Positions 36,048 to 45,750 of a stretch of DNA of 56,286 nucleotides are shown in pieces. Made by a program: the position numbers and the translations under genes. The number at the start of each line of letters is the position of its first letter. Position 1 is the first letter of the stretch. The notes under the pieces were generated by a model. The model searched no databases. It had not been told where the DNA came from and saw only the letters and a program-made list of their open reading frames with translations. The stretch comes from Candidatus Acidiferrales bacterium (GTDB taxonomy: Bacteria > Acidobacteriota > Terriglobia > Acidiferrales > UBA7541): contig JBAUEX010000183.1 in assembly GCA_049678845.1 (NCBI GenBank), positions 1 to 56,286 on the forward strand, given 5' to 3'.

Positions 36048-38555
36048 ATGGCCATGAATAAAGCCAAAGTCATGGAATCGGCGCTGAAATCGCTGAATCA
36101 GGGCAAGGTTGCCCAGGCGATTCAGGAATATCAGACGATTCTGCGCGGCGACCCGAACGATCAGGTAGTGCTAATGACCGTTGGGGATCTCTTCGTGCGG
36201 CAGAACAGCATGCCGCAGGCGGTCGAATATTTCGAGCGCCTGGCGCAGCTTTACCTCAACGACGGATTCAACAGCAAGGCCATCGCGATTTACAAAAAAA
36301 TTTCGAAGCTGGCTCCGAACGAAACGCAGCCGCTCGAAAAACTCGCGAATCTTTATGTGCAGCAAGGGATCTTGAGCGAGGCGCGGCCGATTTTCTTGCA
36401 ACTCGCCGAAGCACACCTGAAAGCCAATCAGACCGCAAAGGCCGTCGAAGTGCTGCGCCGGCTGCTCGAAGTCGAGCCTGATAATCCGCGCGTGCAGCGG
36501 CGCCTCGCCGAGCTGTACATCGCGATGGGCCAGAAAAAGGAGGCGGCAAACACCTATTTGCATTTTGCGCGGTATTTGCATGAGCACGGAGACGCCGCCG
36601 AAGCGCAAAAAACAATCGATGCCGCGCTCGCCGCCGAACCCGGCAATCCCACGGCCCTGACCCTGAAAGCGCGCATGCTCAGCGAGGCAGGAGATACCGA
36701 CGGCGCGTTGAAAACGCTCGCCGGCTTGCCCGATGCGGACTCAAATTCAGAAACCCTGGGATTGCAAATCGACATTTGCCTGAAAGGCGGAAAAAACGGG
36801 CGCGCCGTCGAAGTGGTTCAGCACGCCGCGCTGCAAGGCGCGGAAAAATATGTGCTGGTTTTGCGCGTCGCCAGCACCCTGATTGAAGCGGACGATCCGG
36901 ATATCGCGCTTCAACTGATTGATGGAATTCGCGAATCGGCGATCGCTTCTGGAAATCAAGAGCACCTGGTTAAAGTGCTCAAGGCTGTGTCGGAGCGGCT
37001 GCAGGAACGTATCGAGCCGATGGAATGGCTTGTCGACCTTTACCGCCGCATGGGAGACAACAATCTTTCCGAGATGCAATCGCAACTGGCCGACGCTTAT
37101 GCGAATGCCGGGCAATCCGATCGCGCAGAAGCCACGCTGAACGAGTTGCTCGAACGCGAACCGGACAATGAATTTGCGCGGCAACGCCTGGCCCAAGTGC
37201 GCAAGAAACTTGGTCACCCCTCCGACGCGCCAGCCGACCTTGACGACATTTTTCCGCAGGAGCCCGCGCCGGCTCCGCTGCTCGGCACTGCCACACCGGT
37301 TCCGCCTGCCACGCCTGCGAACGACCTCGGGCTCGATGATGAAACGCAGCGTTTCGTTACCCAATCTCTCACTGATGTGGATTTGTTTTCGAGCTATGGG
37401 CTGACCCAAAAAGCCATTCAGTTGCTCGATAACATTTTGCAGCGCGTACCCGGACACGCGCCCACGCTTGAGCGGCTACTCGATTTGAACCTTGGAGCGG
37501 GGGATGATCGGCGAACCGCCGAATTGGCGGCGCAACTTGAGCAGATTTACACGCAACGTGGCGACACAATAAATGCGGAGCGTTTTACAGAACTGCGTCG
37601 CCGCTTCCAGCGTGCCTCGGGCGCGACCGACGAAGAACTCATTGCAGCGCAGACCGCCCCCCGTCCGGCGGCTTCTGGCCCGGCGGAGTTCTCCGTTCCG
37701 GTGGTCCCCGCGGAACCAGAGAGCCCCACAGGATCGGCAGCGACTACCTCACCTGCCGAAGTTGCAGGGTCTACTCGAGCGAGCGAGCATGAAATCGATC
37801 TTTCCGACGAGTGGGCGAATTTAACCGCGTCAGAAGGGGCCGAAGCTGTTGGCGATGCACCCAAACCACCCGCAGGCGCAACGGAGGCTAGGGAGCCTGA
37901 AGCGGCGGAATTCGAACTGGAACTGGTTTCTGAAACACCCAGCGCGAATAATGAAGCTACGACCACGGAAGGCTTTCTCGATCAGCTCGTCGCGGAAGTG
38001 GAGGGTCTGGAAACTTCCGCTGTAGAAGCGCCCGCGGAAACAAAACCGAAGCACGTCGATCCACCTGTTCCTGGAATCGAATCGGCAACGCCGGGAGGCA
38101 AGAACGAGTTGAGCGAAGTTTTTCAAGAATTCCGCGCCGAACTCGGAGAGATGGGCGAGAAGGACGAGGACGAAGACCTCGAAACACATTACAATCTCGG
38201 CATCGCGTACCGTGAGATGGGCTTGCTCGATGAAGCCATCGGCGAATTTCAGAGAGTAGCGAAAGCGATTCAGGAAGGGCGCTCGTTCCGCTACTCGATG
38301 CAATGCGCAACGCTTCTCGGCCTGGTTTTTATGGAGAAGCAGGAGCCCAAAATTGCCGCGCTGTGGTATCAACGCGCGCTGGAACTTCCGGGACTTGATC
38401 CAGAAACAGTTCTCGCTTTGCGGTATGATTTGGGCTTGGCAGAAGAGCAAGCAGGCAACAGCCGAGCGGCGCTCGATAGTTTCCGGCAGGTTTACGCGAT
38501 GAACATCGACTACCGTGACGTCGCGGAGCGCATCGCAACTTTGCAAAAAAACTGA
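36048..38555 (+). CDS. tetratricopeptide repeat protein with central acidic/Pro-rich linker
   Basis: Serial TPR-like helices in the N-terminal two thirds and again at the C-terminus (YNLGIAYREMGLLDEAIGEFQRV). ATG 36048 is preferred to the track start at 36000. Confidence 0.7.
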   Translation: MAMNKAKVMESALKSLNQGKVAQAIQEYQTILRGDPNDQVVLMTVGDLFVRQNSMPQAVEYFERLAQLYLNDGFNSKAIAIYKKISKLAPNETQPLEKLANLYVQQGILSEARPIFLQLAEAHLKANQTAKAVEVLRRLLEVEPDNPRVQRRLAELYIAMGQKKEAANTYLHFARYLHEHGDAAEAQKTIDAALAAEPGNPTALTLKARMLSEAGDTDGALKTLAGLPDADSNSETLGLQIDICLKGGKNGRAVEVVQHAALQGAEKYVLVLRVASTLIEADDPDIALQLIDGIRESAIASGNQEHLVKVLKAVSERLQERIEPMEWLVDLYRRMGDNNLSEMQSQLADAYANAGQSDRAEATLNELLEREPDNEFARQRLAQVRKKLGHPSDAPADLDDIFPQEPAPAPLLGTATPVPPATPANDLGLDDETQRFVTQSLTDVDLFSSYGLTQKAIQLLDNILQRVPGHAPTLERLLDLNLGAGDDRRTAELAAQLEQIYTQRGDTINAERFTELRRRFQRASGATDEELIAAQTAPRPAASGPAEFSVPVVPAEPESPTGSAATTSPAEVAGSTRASEHEIDLSDEWANLTASEGAEAVGDAPKPPAGATEAREPEAAEFELELVSETPSANNEATTTEGFLDQLVAEVEGLETSAVEAPAETKPKHVDPPVPGIESATPGGKNELSEVFQEFRAELGEMGEKDEDEDLETHYNLGIAYREMGLLDEAIGEFQRVAKAIQEGRSFRYSMQCATLLGLVFMEKQEPKIAALWYQRALELPGLDPETVLALRYDLGLAEEQAGNSRAALDSFRQVYAMNIDYRDVAERIATLQKN

Positions 38556-38561
38556 CCCCCA

Positions 38562-38807
38562 TTGGCCAACCGTCTCCTACGCGTGCTCCTGCTGCTTCTG
38601 TGGCTCGAAATGGGTCTGCTGATTATCCTCATTCCGTGGTCGACCTTCTGGGAAACGAATTATTTTCTCAATCGCTATCCGTTGCTGATACCCATTTTGC
38701 TCAATCCTTACGTTCGCGGCGCGATATCCGGGCTGGGCGTGATTGACGCCGTGCTCGCGGTGGATTCTTTCCGGCGCAAACGAACAGCAGTGACACCAAG
38801 CCATTAA
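38562..38807 (+). CDS. hypothetical small membrane protein
   Basis: Two or three hydrophobic helices (LLRVLLLLLWLEMGLLIILIPW). TTG start immediately after the TPR gene. Weak support. Confidence 0.35.
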   Translation: MANRLLRVLLLLLWLEMGLLIILIPWSTFWETNYFLNRYPLLIPILLNPYVRGAISGLGVIDAVLAVDSFRRKRTAVTPSH

Positions 38808-38823
38808 CTCCGCGGCTACACGT

Positions 38824-39504
38824 ATGCTTCTCTGTTATGTGACCGACCGGCATCTTCTGCGCAGTCGGCAACCTTCGGGCGTCGCTTTCACCGACGATTT
38901 ACTCGTGTGCATCGAACGTGCCGTCGCTGCGGGCATTGATTGGATCCAGATCCGCGAAAAGGATTTGCCGGTGCGCGAATTGCTGGAGCTTACTCGCCGA
39001 GCCATCGCGGTAACTCGACAAGAAGCGAATGCTCGTACGCGCGTCATAGTAAACGATCGGCTCGACATTGCCATCGCGGCTGGCGCGGCCGGCGTGCATC
39101 TAGGCGGCGATTCGATTCCGGTGGCCGAAGCTGTTCCATGGTGTCGCGCCGGAAACGCTCCGGCGGATTTCATGGTTGGCGCGTCATGCCATGATGTTCA
39201 AGAGGCCGTTGCAGTCGAACGAGCAGGGGGAAATTACATTTTCTTTGGGCCCGTCTACGAAACGCCCGCCAAAATGAAGTTTGGCGCGCCGCAGGGTGTC
39301 GACAAACTTGCCGGAGTCTGCCGAAGTGTTCAGATCCCGGTGCTGGCCATAGGCGGCGTCGACGAGGAAAATGCGGGAGTTTGTTTGCGTGCCGGCGCGG
39401 CGGGCATCGCTGCGATTCGCCTGTTTCAGCAACCGCCAGATGCTGCATCGCTTGGCGGCGTCATCTCGCGGTTGCGCGCGGTTCGGCCGGACGCCACACA
39501 CTAG
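38824..39504 (+). CDS. thiE: thiamine phosphate synthase
   Basis: IQIREKDL..., VIVNDRLDIAIAAGAAGVHLG, VLAIGGV. Confidence 0.85.
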   Translation: MLLCYVTDRHLLRSRQPSGVAFTDDLLVCIERAVAAGIDWIQIREKDLPVRELLELTRRAIAVTRQEANARTRVIVNDRLDIAIAAGAAGVHLGGDSIPVAEAVPWCRAGNAPADFMVGASCHDVQEAVAVERAGGNYIFFGPVYETPAKMKFGAPQGVDKLAGVCRSVQIPVLAIGGVDEENAGVCLRAGAAGIAAIRLFQQPPDAASLGGVISRLRAVRPDATH

Positions 39505-39544
39505 CCGGACAAAGATTCCGATGCTGTATCGCCTGGATCACTTC

Positions 39545-40657
39545 TCACTCGCCCAGCCACTTTCCCACTGGCTCCCAACCTTGCACGTGGTCGCAAACAA
39601 CTTTGATCGTTCCGGTGATGGGAATCGCGAGCAACAATCCGAGCGCGCCCCACATCCATCCCCAGAAAAGCAGGGCGATCGTAACCGACACGGCGTTCAA
39701 ATGGACGCGGCGTCCCACGAACGCGGGCAGCAGATAGTTCGCGGCCATCAAATGAAAAAATGCAAGTACTCCGCAAATCAGGAGGAATGGACCCACGCTA
39801 TGAAACTGCTTCAAACCAATAAGCACCGGCGGCATCCAGGCGAGAACCATGCCGAGATAGGGCACAAGGTTCAGCAACCCGGAAACGAGCGCGGTGAGAA
39901 AAGAAAAATCCAAGCCCATGGCCCAGAGAAATGCCCAGCTCGCCAAGACAAGAATCAGTCCCACGAGAGCGGTTCCCACCACGTAGCTGCGCAGCATATT
40001 GCTGACTTCGGAGAGGGCAATTTTTACGGGTGTCCGGTGCCCTACGGGAAATAGCTCCATCGTGCCGTGCCAGATTTTTCGCTTGCCTACGAGCATAAAA
40101 AAAACGAGAAAGGGCACAAAGGTAGCGGCGAACAATGCCGTATAGAGAGAACCGAGCCGTTGAAGCAACGCGTCGCGCACCGGATGCGATTCCGTCACGG
40201 TGACCACATGCTCCTCGCGCGATTCACGCGTCTGGGGCGAAAGCTCGTTGACTCGCAATTCGAGCAGATTCATGCGGCGCTCGATGCTGCTGGTGACGGC
40301 GCGTAGCGGAGTGCGATAGAGCGGCCAGTCGGCGCCGAACTGGTCCACGCGATTTATCAGCGACGATCCAACGGCAAAAAGCAATGCTATCGCCAGGATC
40401 AGAACGACGAGAGAACCCAGCACTCTGGGCAAACGGAACAGTTCGAGCCACACGACCAATGGATCGAGAAAATATGCGAGCAGGATTGCCACCAGCAGCG
40501 TGATCACCACGCTTGAGGCCAGATAGAAAAATGCGATCACAATTCCCGCGGCGATAATCCGCGCGCTCACGGCGGCGGTGCGCACGGGTTTCTCTTCGTG
40601 AGTCAGGACAGGAATGGAGTCTGGCATTTCCGTGAAGATACCATACACCGGACGCAA
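39545..40657 (-). CDS. AI-2E family transporter (PerM/UPF0118)
   Basis: Polytopic protein with the conserved C-terminal LGALGLLLAIPITG motif. Confidence 0.85.
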   Translation of the reverse strand: MRPVYGIFTEMPDSIPVLTHEEKPVRTAAVSARIIAAGIVIAFFYLASSVVITLLVAILLAYFLDPLVVWLELFRLPRVLGSLVVLILAIALLFAVGSSLINRVDQFGADWPLYRTPLRAVTSSIERRMNLLELRVNELSPQTRESREEHVVTVTESHPVRDALLQRLGSLYTALFAATFVPFLVFFMLVGKRKIWHGTMELFPVGHRTPVKIALSEVSNMLRSYVVGTALVGLILVLASWAFLWAMGLDFSFLTALVSGLLNLVPYLGMVLAWMPPVLIGLKQFHSVGPFLLICGVLAFFHLMAANYLLPAFVGRRVHLNAVSVTIALLFWGWMWGALGLLLAIPITGTIKVVCDHVQGWEPVGKWLGE

Positions 40658-40679
40658 ACGATCTCACGTCGTCTCGCGC

Positions 40680-41231
40680 CTATGCGTGTTTGGACATCAG
40701 CACGATGGGAAACGAGACGCTATTCGAGAGCGGAACTTCGAGACGTTCCGACTCGACGTAGCCTTTCGCGCGATAGAAGGGCACACCGGTCAATGTGGAG
40801 CCCATTTCCAAGCGGGTAAAACCCGCCGATCTTGCGGCAGATTCGGAAGCTTCTAGGATCATGCCGCCGATGCCTCGCCGCGCCCATGCGGGATGAATAA
40901 AGAATGCGCGAATCTTTGCGGCGTCGCGGGAAGGATCGAGAAGCGCGTCTTCCCGTCCCGCCCAGCGGTCGCTACCGTAGAGCGTCTTGCGCTTGCTCCA
41001 GCCGCCACATCCGACGATTACGGAATCATTCTTTTCGGACGATTTGACTGCCGCAACGAAATACGTTCCGTCGGCAATCAACTGGCTATCGACGCCGCAG
41101 ACCGTTTTGAGCGCGAGTTCAATTTGCGCCGGCGTGTAGTCTTGCGCCTGCAATCCGCGCACAGAGGCGTCGATCAATTCGCGCAGGATGGAAATGTCGG
41201 CGGGAACTGCGTGGCGAATCTGAATATTCAT
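40680..41231 (-). CDS. GNAT family N-acetyltransferase
   Basis: Starts MNIQIRHAVPADISILREL at ATG 41231 (the track extends to 41564). Acetyl-CoA motif HPAWARRGIGGMIL. Confidence 0.8.
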   Translation of the reverse strand: MNIQIRHAVPADISILRELIDASVRGLQAQDYTPAQIELALKTVCGVDSQLIADGTYFVAAVKSSEKNDSVIVGCGGWSKRKTLYGSDRWAGREDALLDPSRDAAKIRAFFIHPAWARRGIGGMILEASESAARSAGFTRLEMGSTLTGVPFYRAKGYVESERLEVPLSNSVSFPIVLMSKHA

Positions 41232-41251
41232 GGGCGTGGAAAACGACTGTT

Positions 41252-43189
41252 TCAGTCGTGCGCTTTGGTTTCGATTTCGCGGCGGAGGGCGGCGATGAAC
41301 TGATCGAGAGGTTGCGGCCCGAGGTCGCCTTTCGAGCGATGGCGCACGGAAACGGCGCCGGATTCGGTCTCTTTGGCGCCGACGATCAACATGTACGGAA
41401 TTTTTTGGAGTTGCGCATCGCGGATTTTCGCTTGCAGCTTTTCGTTGCGGTCGTCGACATGAACGCGAATGGCTGCGGCGCGCAAATTCGCTTCGATGGA
41501 TTTCGCGTACTCCGAAAATTTCTCGCTGAGCGGCAAAATGCTCGCTTGCACCGGCGCAAGCCACGCGGGAAATGCGCCCGCGTAATGCTCGATGAGGATG
41601 CCGAAGAAACGTTCGACCGAGCCGAGTAACGCTCGATGGACCATGAGCGGCTGGTGGCGTGCGCCGTCTTCACCAACATATTCCAGAGCGAAGCGCGCGG
41701 GCAAATTGAAATCGAATTGCACGGTGGTCAGTTGCCACGGACGGCCAATCGCGTCGATTAATTTCACGTCGATCTTTGGACCGTAAAATGCGGCTTCCCC
41801 TTCGATACGCTTGAACGGAATTTTCATTCGCTGGAGCGTATCGGACAGCGCGGCCGTAGCGCGGTTCCAGTCTTCCGCTTTGCCGGCGTAATTTTCCGGA
41901 TGCGCGGCGTCCCACTCCGAGAGTTCCACTTCATAGCGATCGAATCCGAAGGTCTTCATCACCGCGAATGCGAAATCCAAACAGCCCGCAACCTCGGATT
42001 CGATTTGATCCGGCCGGCAGAAAATGTGCGAGTCATCCTGCGTGAAGCCGCGCACACGCAGCAAGCCGTGTAAAACGCCGGAACGTTCATAGCGATAAAC
42101 TGTGCCCAGTTCGGCATAGCGCAGTGGCAAATCGCGATAGCTGCGGAGATGCGCCTTGTAAATCAAAATGTGGCCGGGGCAGTTCATCGGCTTGATCTGG
42201 TAATCGGCCTTCTCGATTTCGATGGGACTGAACATACTCTCGCGATAAAAGCCAGTGTGCCCGCTGGTCTTCCATAGGTCGAGGCGCATGACGTGCGGGG
42301 TGAAGACGAGATCGTAGCCACGGCGCAGGAGTTCCGCGCGCAACCAGTCCTCGACAATCGTGCGGATGCGACCGCCCTTGGGATGCCAGAAAATCAGGCC
42401 CGGTCCGGCTTGGTCTTGAATGCTGAAAAGATCGAGCTCCTGCCCGAGCTTGCGATGATCGCGGCGCTTGGCTTCTTCGAGCTTGTGCAGATATTCGTCA
42501 AGCTCAGCCTGGGTGTAAAAACAAGCCGCGTAAATCCGCTGCATCTGCGGATTGCCTTCGTGACCCTTCCAGTATGCGCCGGCGACGTTCATCAACTTAA
42601 ACGCCTTGATGCGGCCCGTCGAGGGGATGTGCGGGCCTTTGCAGAAGTCGATGAATTTTCCGGTGGTGTAAAACGACACCATGGGCTCGATGGCTTTTTC
42701 CTCAATCAGCTCGCATTTGAATTCCTGCTGCGCGTCGCGATAAAACCTCAACGCTTCCGGCTTGGGCAGCAGCTTGCGCTCGTTTGGAATGTTTTGAGAA
42801 GCGAGCTCGCGCATTTTCTTCTCAATGCGCTCCAAGTCTTCGGGCGTGAACGGCTCGCTCCGAACGAAATCGTAGAAGAAGCCATTGTCGATCGGAGGGC
42901 CGATGCCCAGTTTTACGCTCGGGAAAAGTTCGATGACTGCGGCGGCAAGCAGATGCGCGGCGGAATGGCGCAGCACCTCGATTGCCTCGGGATCCTTCGA
43001 AGTGAGAAGCGCCAACGAGGTGCTTTGATCAAGCGGGCGCGCAAGATCCCACAGCTCGCCGTTAACGCGCGCAACAAGCGCCTCCTTTTCGAGCCGCGGC
43101 GAAATTTGCCGCGCGACTTCCGCGGGGGTAGTCCCGCCGGCGACTTCGCGTTTCGCCCCGTCCGGCAGCGTAATTTGTATGGAAGCCAT
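41252..43189 (-). CDS. thrS: threonine--tRNA ligase
   Basis: TGS domain start MASIQITLPDGAKREV at ATG 43189 (the track extends to 43294), class II motifs, and a C-terminal anticodon-binding domain. Confidence 0.92.
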   Translation of the reverse strand: MASIQITLPDGAKREVAGGTTPAEVARQISPRLEKEALVARVNGELWDLARPLDQSTSLALLTSKDPEAIEVLRHSAAHLLAAAVIELFPSVKLGIGPPIDNGFFYDFVRSEPFTPEDLERIEKKMRELASQNIPNERKLLPKPEALRFYRDAQQEFKCELIEEKAIEPMVSFYTTGKFIDFCKGPHIPSTGRIKAFKLMNVAGAYWKGHEGNPQMQRIYAACFYTQAELDEYLHKLEEAKRRDHRKLGQELDLFSIQDQAGPGLIFWHPKGGRIRTIVEDWLRAELLRRGYDLVFTPHVMRLDLWKTSGHTGFYRESMFSPIEIEKADYQIKPMNCPGHILIYKAHLRSYRDLPLRYAELGTVYRYERSGVLHGLLRVRGFTQDDSHIFCRPDQIESEVAGCLDFAFAVMKTFGFDRYEVELSEWDAAHPENYAGKAEDWNRATAALSDTLQRMKIPFKRIEGEAAFYGPKIDVKLIDAIGRPWQLTTVQFDFNLPARFALEYVGEDGARHQPLMVHRALLGSVERFFGILIEHYAGAFPAWLAPVQASILPLSEKFSEYAKSIEANLRAAAIRVHVDDRNEKLQAKIRDAQLQKIPYMLIVGAKETESGAVSVRHRSKGDLGPQPLDQFIAALRREIETKAHD

Positions 43190-43247
43190 TGTCGTTTCGG
43201 AAAGCGCTGACGCGCTTCCGCTTATCTGCCCAGTGCTGGGAACAGCT

Positions 43248-43276
43248 AGCTTACTGGCCGCGGCAATCAGGGTCAA
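43248..43276 (-). promoter_or_regulatory. sigma-70-like promoter for thrS
   Basis: On the minus strand: TTGACC (43276-43271), 17-nt spacer, TAAGCT (43253-43248). Confidence 0.35.
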
Positions 43277-43307
43277 GGCCATGCATCGCGTCACCAGAGA
43301 GTCGTAT

Positions 43308-43664
43308 TTAGAATTTGGTTTCGTCGGCGGAGCTATCGTGACGTTTGGTCGGACTGCCTGTCGGGAAATCAGCGAAGAGCACTTGCTGGCCTTCGATGAG
43401 GGGGAAGCCTTTCGACGACGTCATGACCTTCGCGAGCGCCTGGTAAAAGTAGAAATTCTGCTCGCCGGCCTGCAAATCCTCGATCGAGTCCCACAAAGAC
43501 ATCACCCGCACTTCGGCGCTAGATGCGGGCGTCTCTGCGCGAAGAACAATAAGCGCGCGAAACCCGCGCTGTTGATGCGCATGAGGAATGGCATCCCGCA
43601 GAGCGGCAAGAAATGAATCGAGTTTGTCGGGCACGATGTGGAACTGCGTTACTCGGGCATACAT
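43308..43664 (-). CDS. ABM/Dabb-like small protein (antibiotic biosynthesis monooxygenase fold)
   Basis: MYARVTQFHIVPDKLDSFLAAL... has a ferredoxin-like beta-alpha-beta pattern. ATG 43664 follows GAGGAGG; the track start at 43916 is an extension. Confidence 0.55.
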   Translation of the reverse strand: MYARVTQFHIVPDKLDSFLAALRDAIPHAHQQRGFRALIVLRAETPASSAEVRVMSLWDSIEDLQAGEQNFYFYQALAKVMTSSKGFPLIEGQQVLFADFPTGSPTKRHDSSADETKF

Positions 43665-43758
43665 GGCGCCTCCTCGAAAGCTGGGCAGAGGAAAGTGGGT
43701 TAAGCGTAACCTTGGTCGAGTGTGGCAGTAAAGCGCCTCTCCAATTTGTATCGGCGGA

Positions 43759-44553
43759 TTGTCGTTTTCGTCGTCGAGTCCGAAACGGAGCTTGTCCGCG
43801 CACGCCGACCCACCTACCTTGGAGAGCCAAGGGCAACCCATCGTGTGGACGTATCTGGCTGGACCAATTCTCGCGTTTTTGCCGGCGCGCTGGCGGGCCG
43901 CATATTGGGGCGACATTCAGGTGAATTGGTCGCGAGCAACAGTCTTTTCGGGCATCATTGAGTCCCTTCTGGCCTTGGCAGCGTTGATCGCTTGGTATTC
44001 AATCTTTGTCACGCGAACGGGTCCAGCGATCGGTAGATCAATTCCGTGGCCCTATGCGGGCCCCATGGGACTTCTGTCCGTGTCCATGCATCCGCTGACA
44101 TGGCTGATTTGCTACTTCGGCGTGGAGGGCGCGGTGCGCGCGATGAGCGGTTTGGCGACGCATGAGGTCCCTGGGACGCTGCCCTTGGTGCTGCTCGATC
44201 GTGCGATTCGGTATGGGAAAACGGGTGAATGGCGCGTGAATCCAAACCTTGTGGAAGACGAAGTGACACAGGGCGACGGAACTTGGGATTTAAAAATTGC
44301 GTCTCGCAATCCAAAGGCGCACTGGAAATATCCGCTGACGATTCGTTATGGCGGTGAGTTCTTTCAGGTGCACGGCGAAGAGCACGCCGCAGCGGGCGGA
44401 CGTCGGCACATCTATTTGCTCCGGCGTTTGCCGTCGAATGAAATCATTCGAGGACTCGAAGACTACGACACACGCGCCGCTTCCGTTGAAGACAATCCTC
44501 CAGGTTTCTTTGCCACGGTCTACGGAGAAATGCGCAAGAAACTCGCGAAGTAA
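43759..44553 (+). CDS. hypothetical membrane protein
   Basis: Several hydrophobic segments (FSGIIESLLALAALIAWYSIFV, LTWLICYFGVEG). The start is uncertain (TTG 43759 or GTG 43843). Confidence 0.45.
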   Translation: MSFSSSSPKRSLSAHADPPTLESQGQPIVWTYLAGPILAFLPARWRAAYWGDIQVNWSRATVFSGIIESLLALAALIAWYSIFVTRTGPAIGRSIPWPYAGPMGLLSVSMHPLTWLICYFGVEGAVRAMSGLATHEVPGTLPLVLLDRAIRYGKTGEWRVNPNLVEDEVTQGDGTWDLKIASRNPKAHWKYPLTIRYGGEFFQVHGEEHAAAGGRRHIYLLRRLPSNEIIRGLEDYDTRAASVEDNPPGFFATVYGEMRKKLAK

Positions 44554-44613
44554 GTCTCGGAGGAATCATCCACGGCCTGCTGATCTGAACAATCCGCGCG
44601 GCCTGGCACAGCT

Positions 44614-45540
44614 TCAGGGATCGCCCGCGAAAGTGCTGCAACAGTGAGTCAAGTCGTCTTGCGCGACGGCGAGCGCCTGGTTGGGGGAACCGATCAGGCG
44701 ATAGTGGCCCAGCGACGTCACTTCATGCAAAGTGAATATGAAGAGAAACTTCCTGCCGGAAATATCGTATTGATAGAGGGAGGGCTCCCAGATCCCGGGC
44801 GCTACGGGCGCCTGCTCCATGATGAAATGGCCGCCACGATAGACTTTTCCAAGAATGCCACCGCCGAACGAGATGTCGCGGACAATGCTGGCGTCTGCGC
44901 GAACGAGCTGGGCCGCTGACGCGTCGACCCAAATTGTGGCCCGGGCGTGAACCAGCCAGTCGGTGGAATCACCGCGGGGCTGATATGCTGGATTGGGATT
45001 GAGCTGTATTTTTTCCAGGGCGTGGTCGTCACGGACTTCGCGGCCCATCCAGGTGAGCAGATAGGCGCTCGAAACGCTGTTAATCAGGCGTTCGCGATCT
45101 TTCAGCCTCTTTTTTTGCTTGGCGACGACGGCAAGCTGACGCGGGTCGTCGGGATGAATGGCGACCTGGAGAACGCGCTCCCAATCGCGTAGCTGGCGCC
45201 GATATTCGATGGGAGACACGGACTGGTTGTTTTCCCTAACCAGGAGTTTCAAAGTGCCGCTTCCGGTGGGCACCACACGATAGAGCTTGTCTTCGGCAAC
45301 GCGGCCGTTGGAGCCATCGCGCTCGACGTGACGCTCCAAGCGTTCAAAGGTGTCGAGCGCCACATCGTTGCGGTGCTGGTTGGCAATGATGCGGCTGAGG
45401 AGGTCTTGAATCTGCGCCGGCGTGAGGGCGGTTTGGTCGGACGCCGGTTGCGTGGACTGTTGCTTCGCCGCGAGGAGCGGTAAGAGACAGACGGCGAGGA
45501 CCATTGCGATGGCGCATCCGAATTGGACCAGGCGCTTCAA
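44614..45540 (-). CDS. hypothetical secreted protein
   Basis: Signal peptide MKRLVQFGCAIAMVLAVCLLPLLAA and a beta-rich body. The family is not recognised with confidence. Confidence 0.55.
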   Translation of the reverse strand: MKRLVQFGCAIAMVLAVCLLPLLAAKQQSTQPASDQTALTPAQIQDLLSRIIANQHRNDVALDTFERLERHVERDGSNGRVAEDKLYRVVPTGSGTLKLLVRENNQSVSPIEYRRQLRDWERVLQVAIHPDDPRQLAVVAKQKKRLKDRERLINSVSSAYLLTWMGREVRDDHALEKIQLNPNPAYQPRGDSTDWLVHARATIWVDASAAQLVRADASIVRDISFGGGILGKVYRGGHFIMEQAPVAPGIWEPSLYQYDISGRKFLFIFTLHEVTSLGHYRLIGSPNQALAVAQDDLTHCCSTFAGDP

Positions 45541-45750
45541 TGAAAACGAAGATTCTCTTCCCTTCGGAGAGTTTCGTATGATGGCTATCGAGAAACGATT
45601 CCTATGCTCGCTTTCTCGCTTTTCCTATTGTAGCGACATTTCCTTTCATGCGGTGCGGGACTGGACGATTGGTATCGAGAGCGTCATCCTGGCCATTAAT
45701 TCTGTCCCAGAGAGAACTTTTATCCCCTAAGGAACGTCTATACTGATTAG

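Noticed and set aside
43190-43247. A thrS leader hairpin (minus strand GGAAGCGC-guca-GCGCUUUCC, ending 10 nt before the AUG, with no obvious SD) was considered as a tRNA-Thr anticodon-arm mimic, like the E. coli thrS operator.
   Set aside because: The loop is 4 nt and contains no NGU anticodon-like triplet in a 7-nt loop. The resemblance is only positional.
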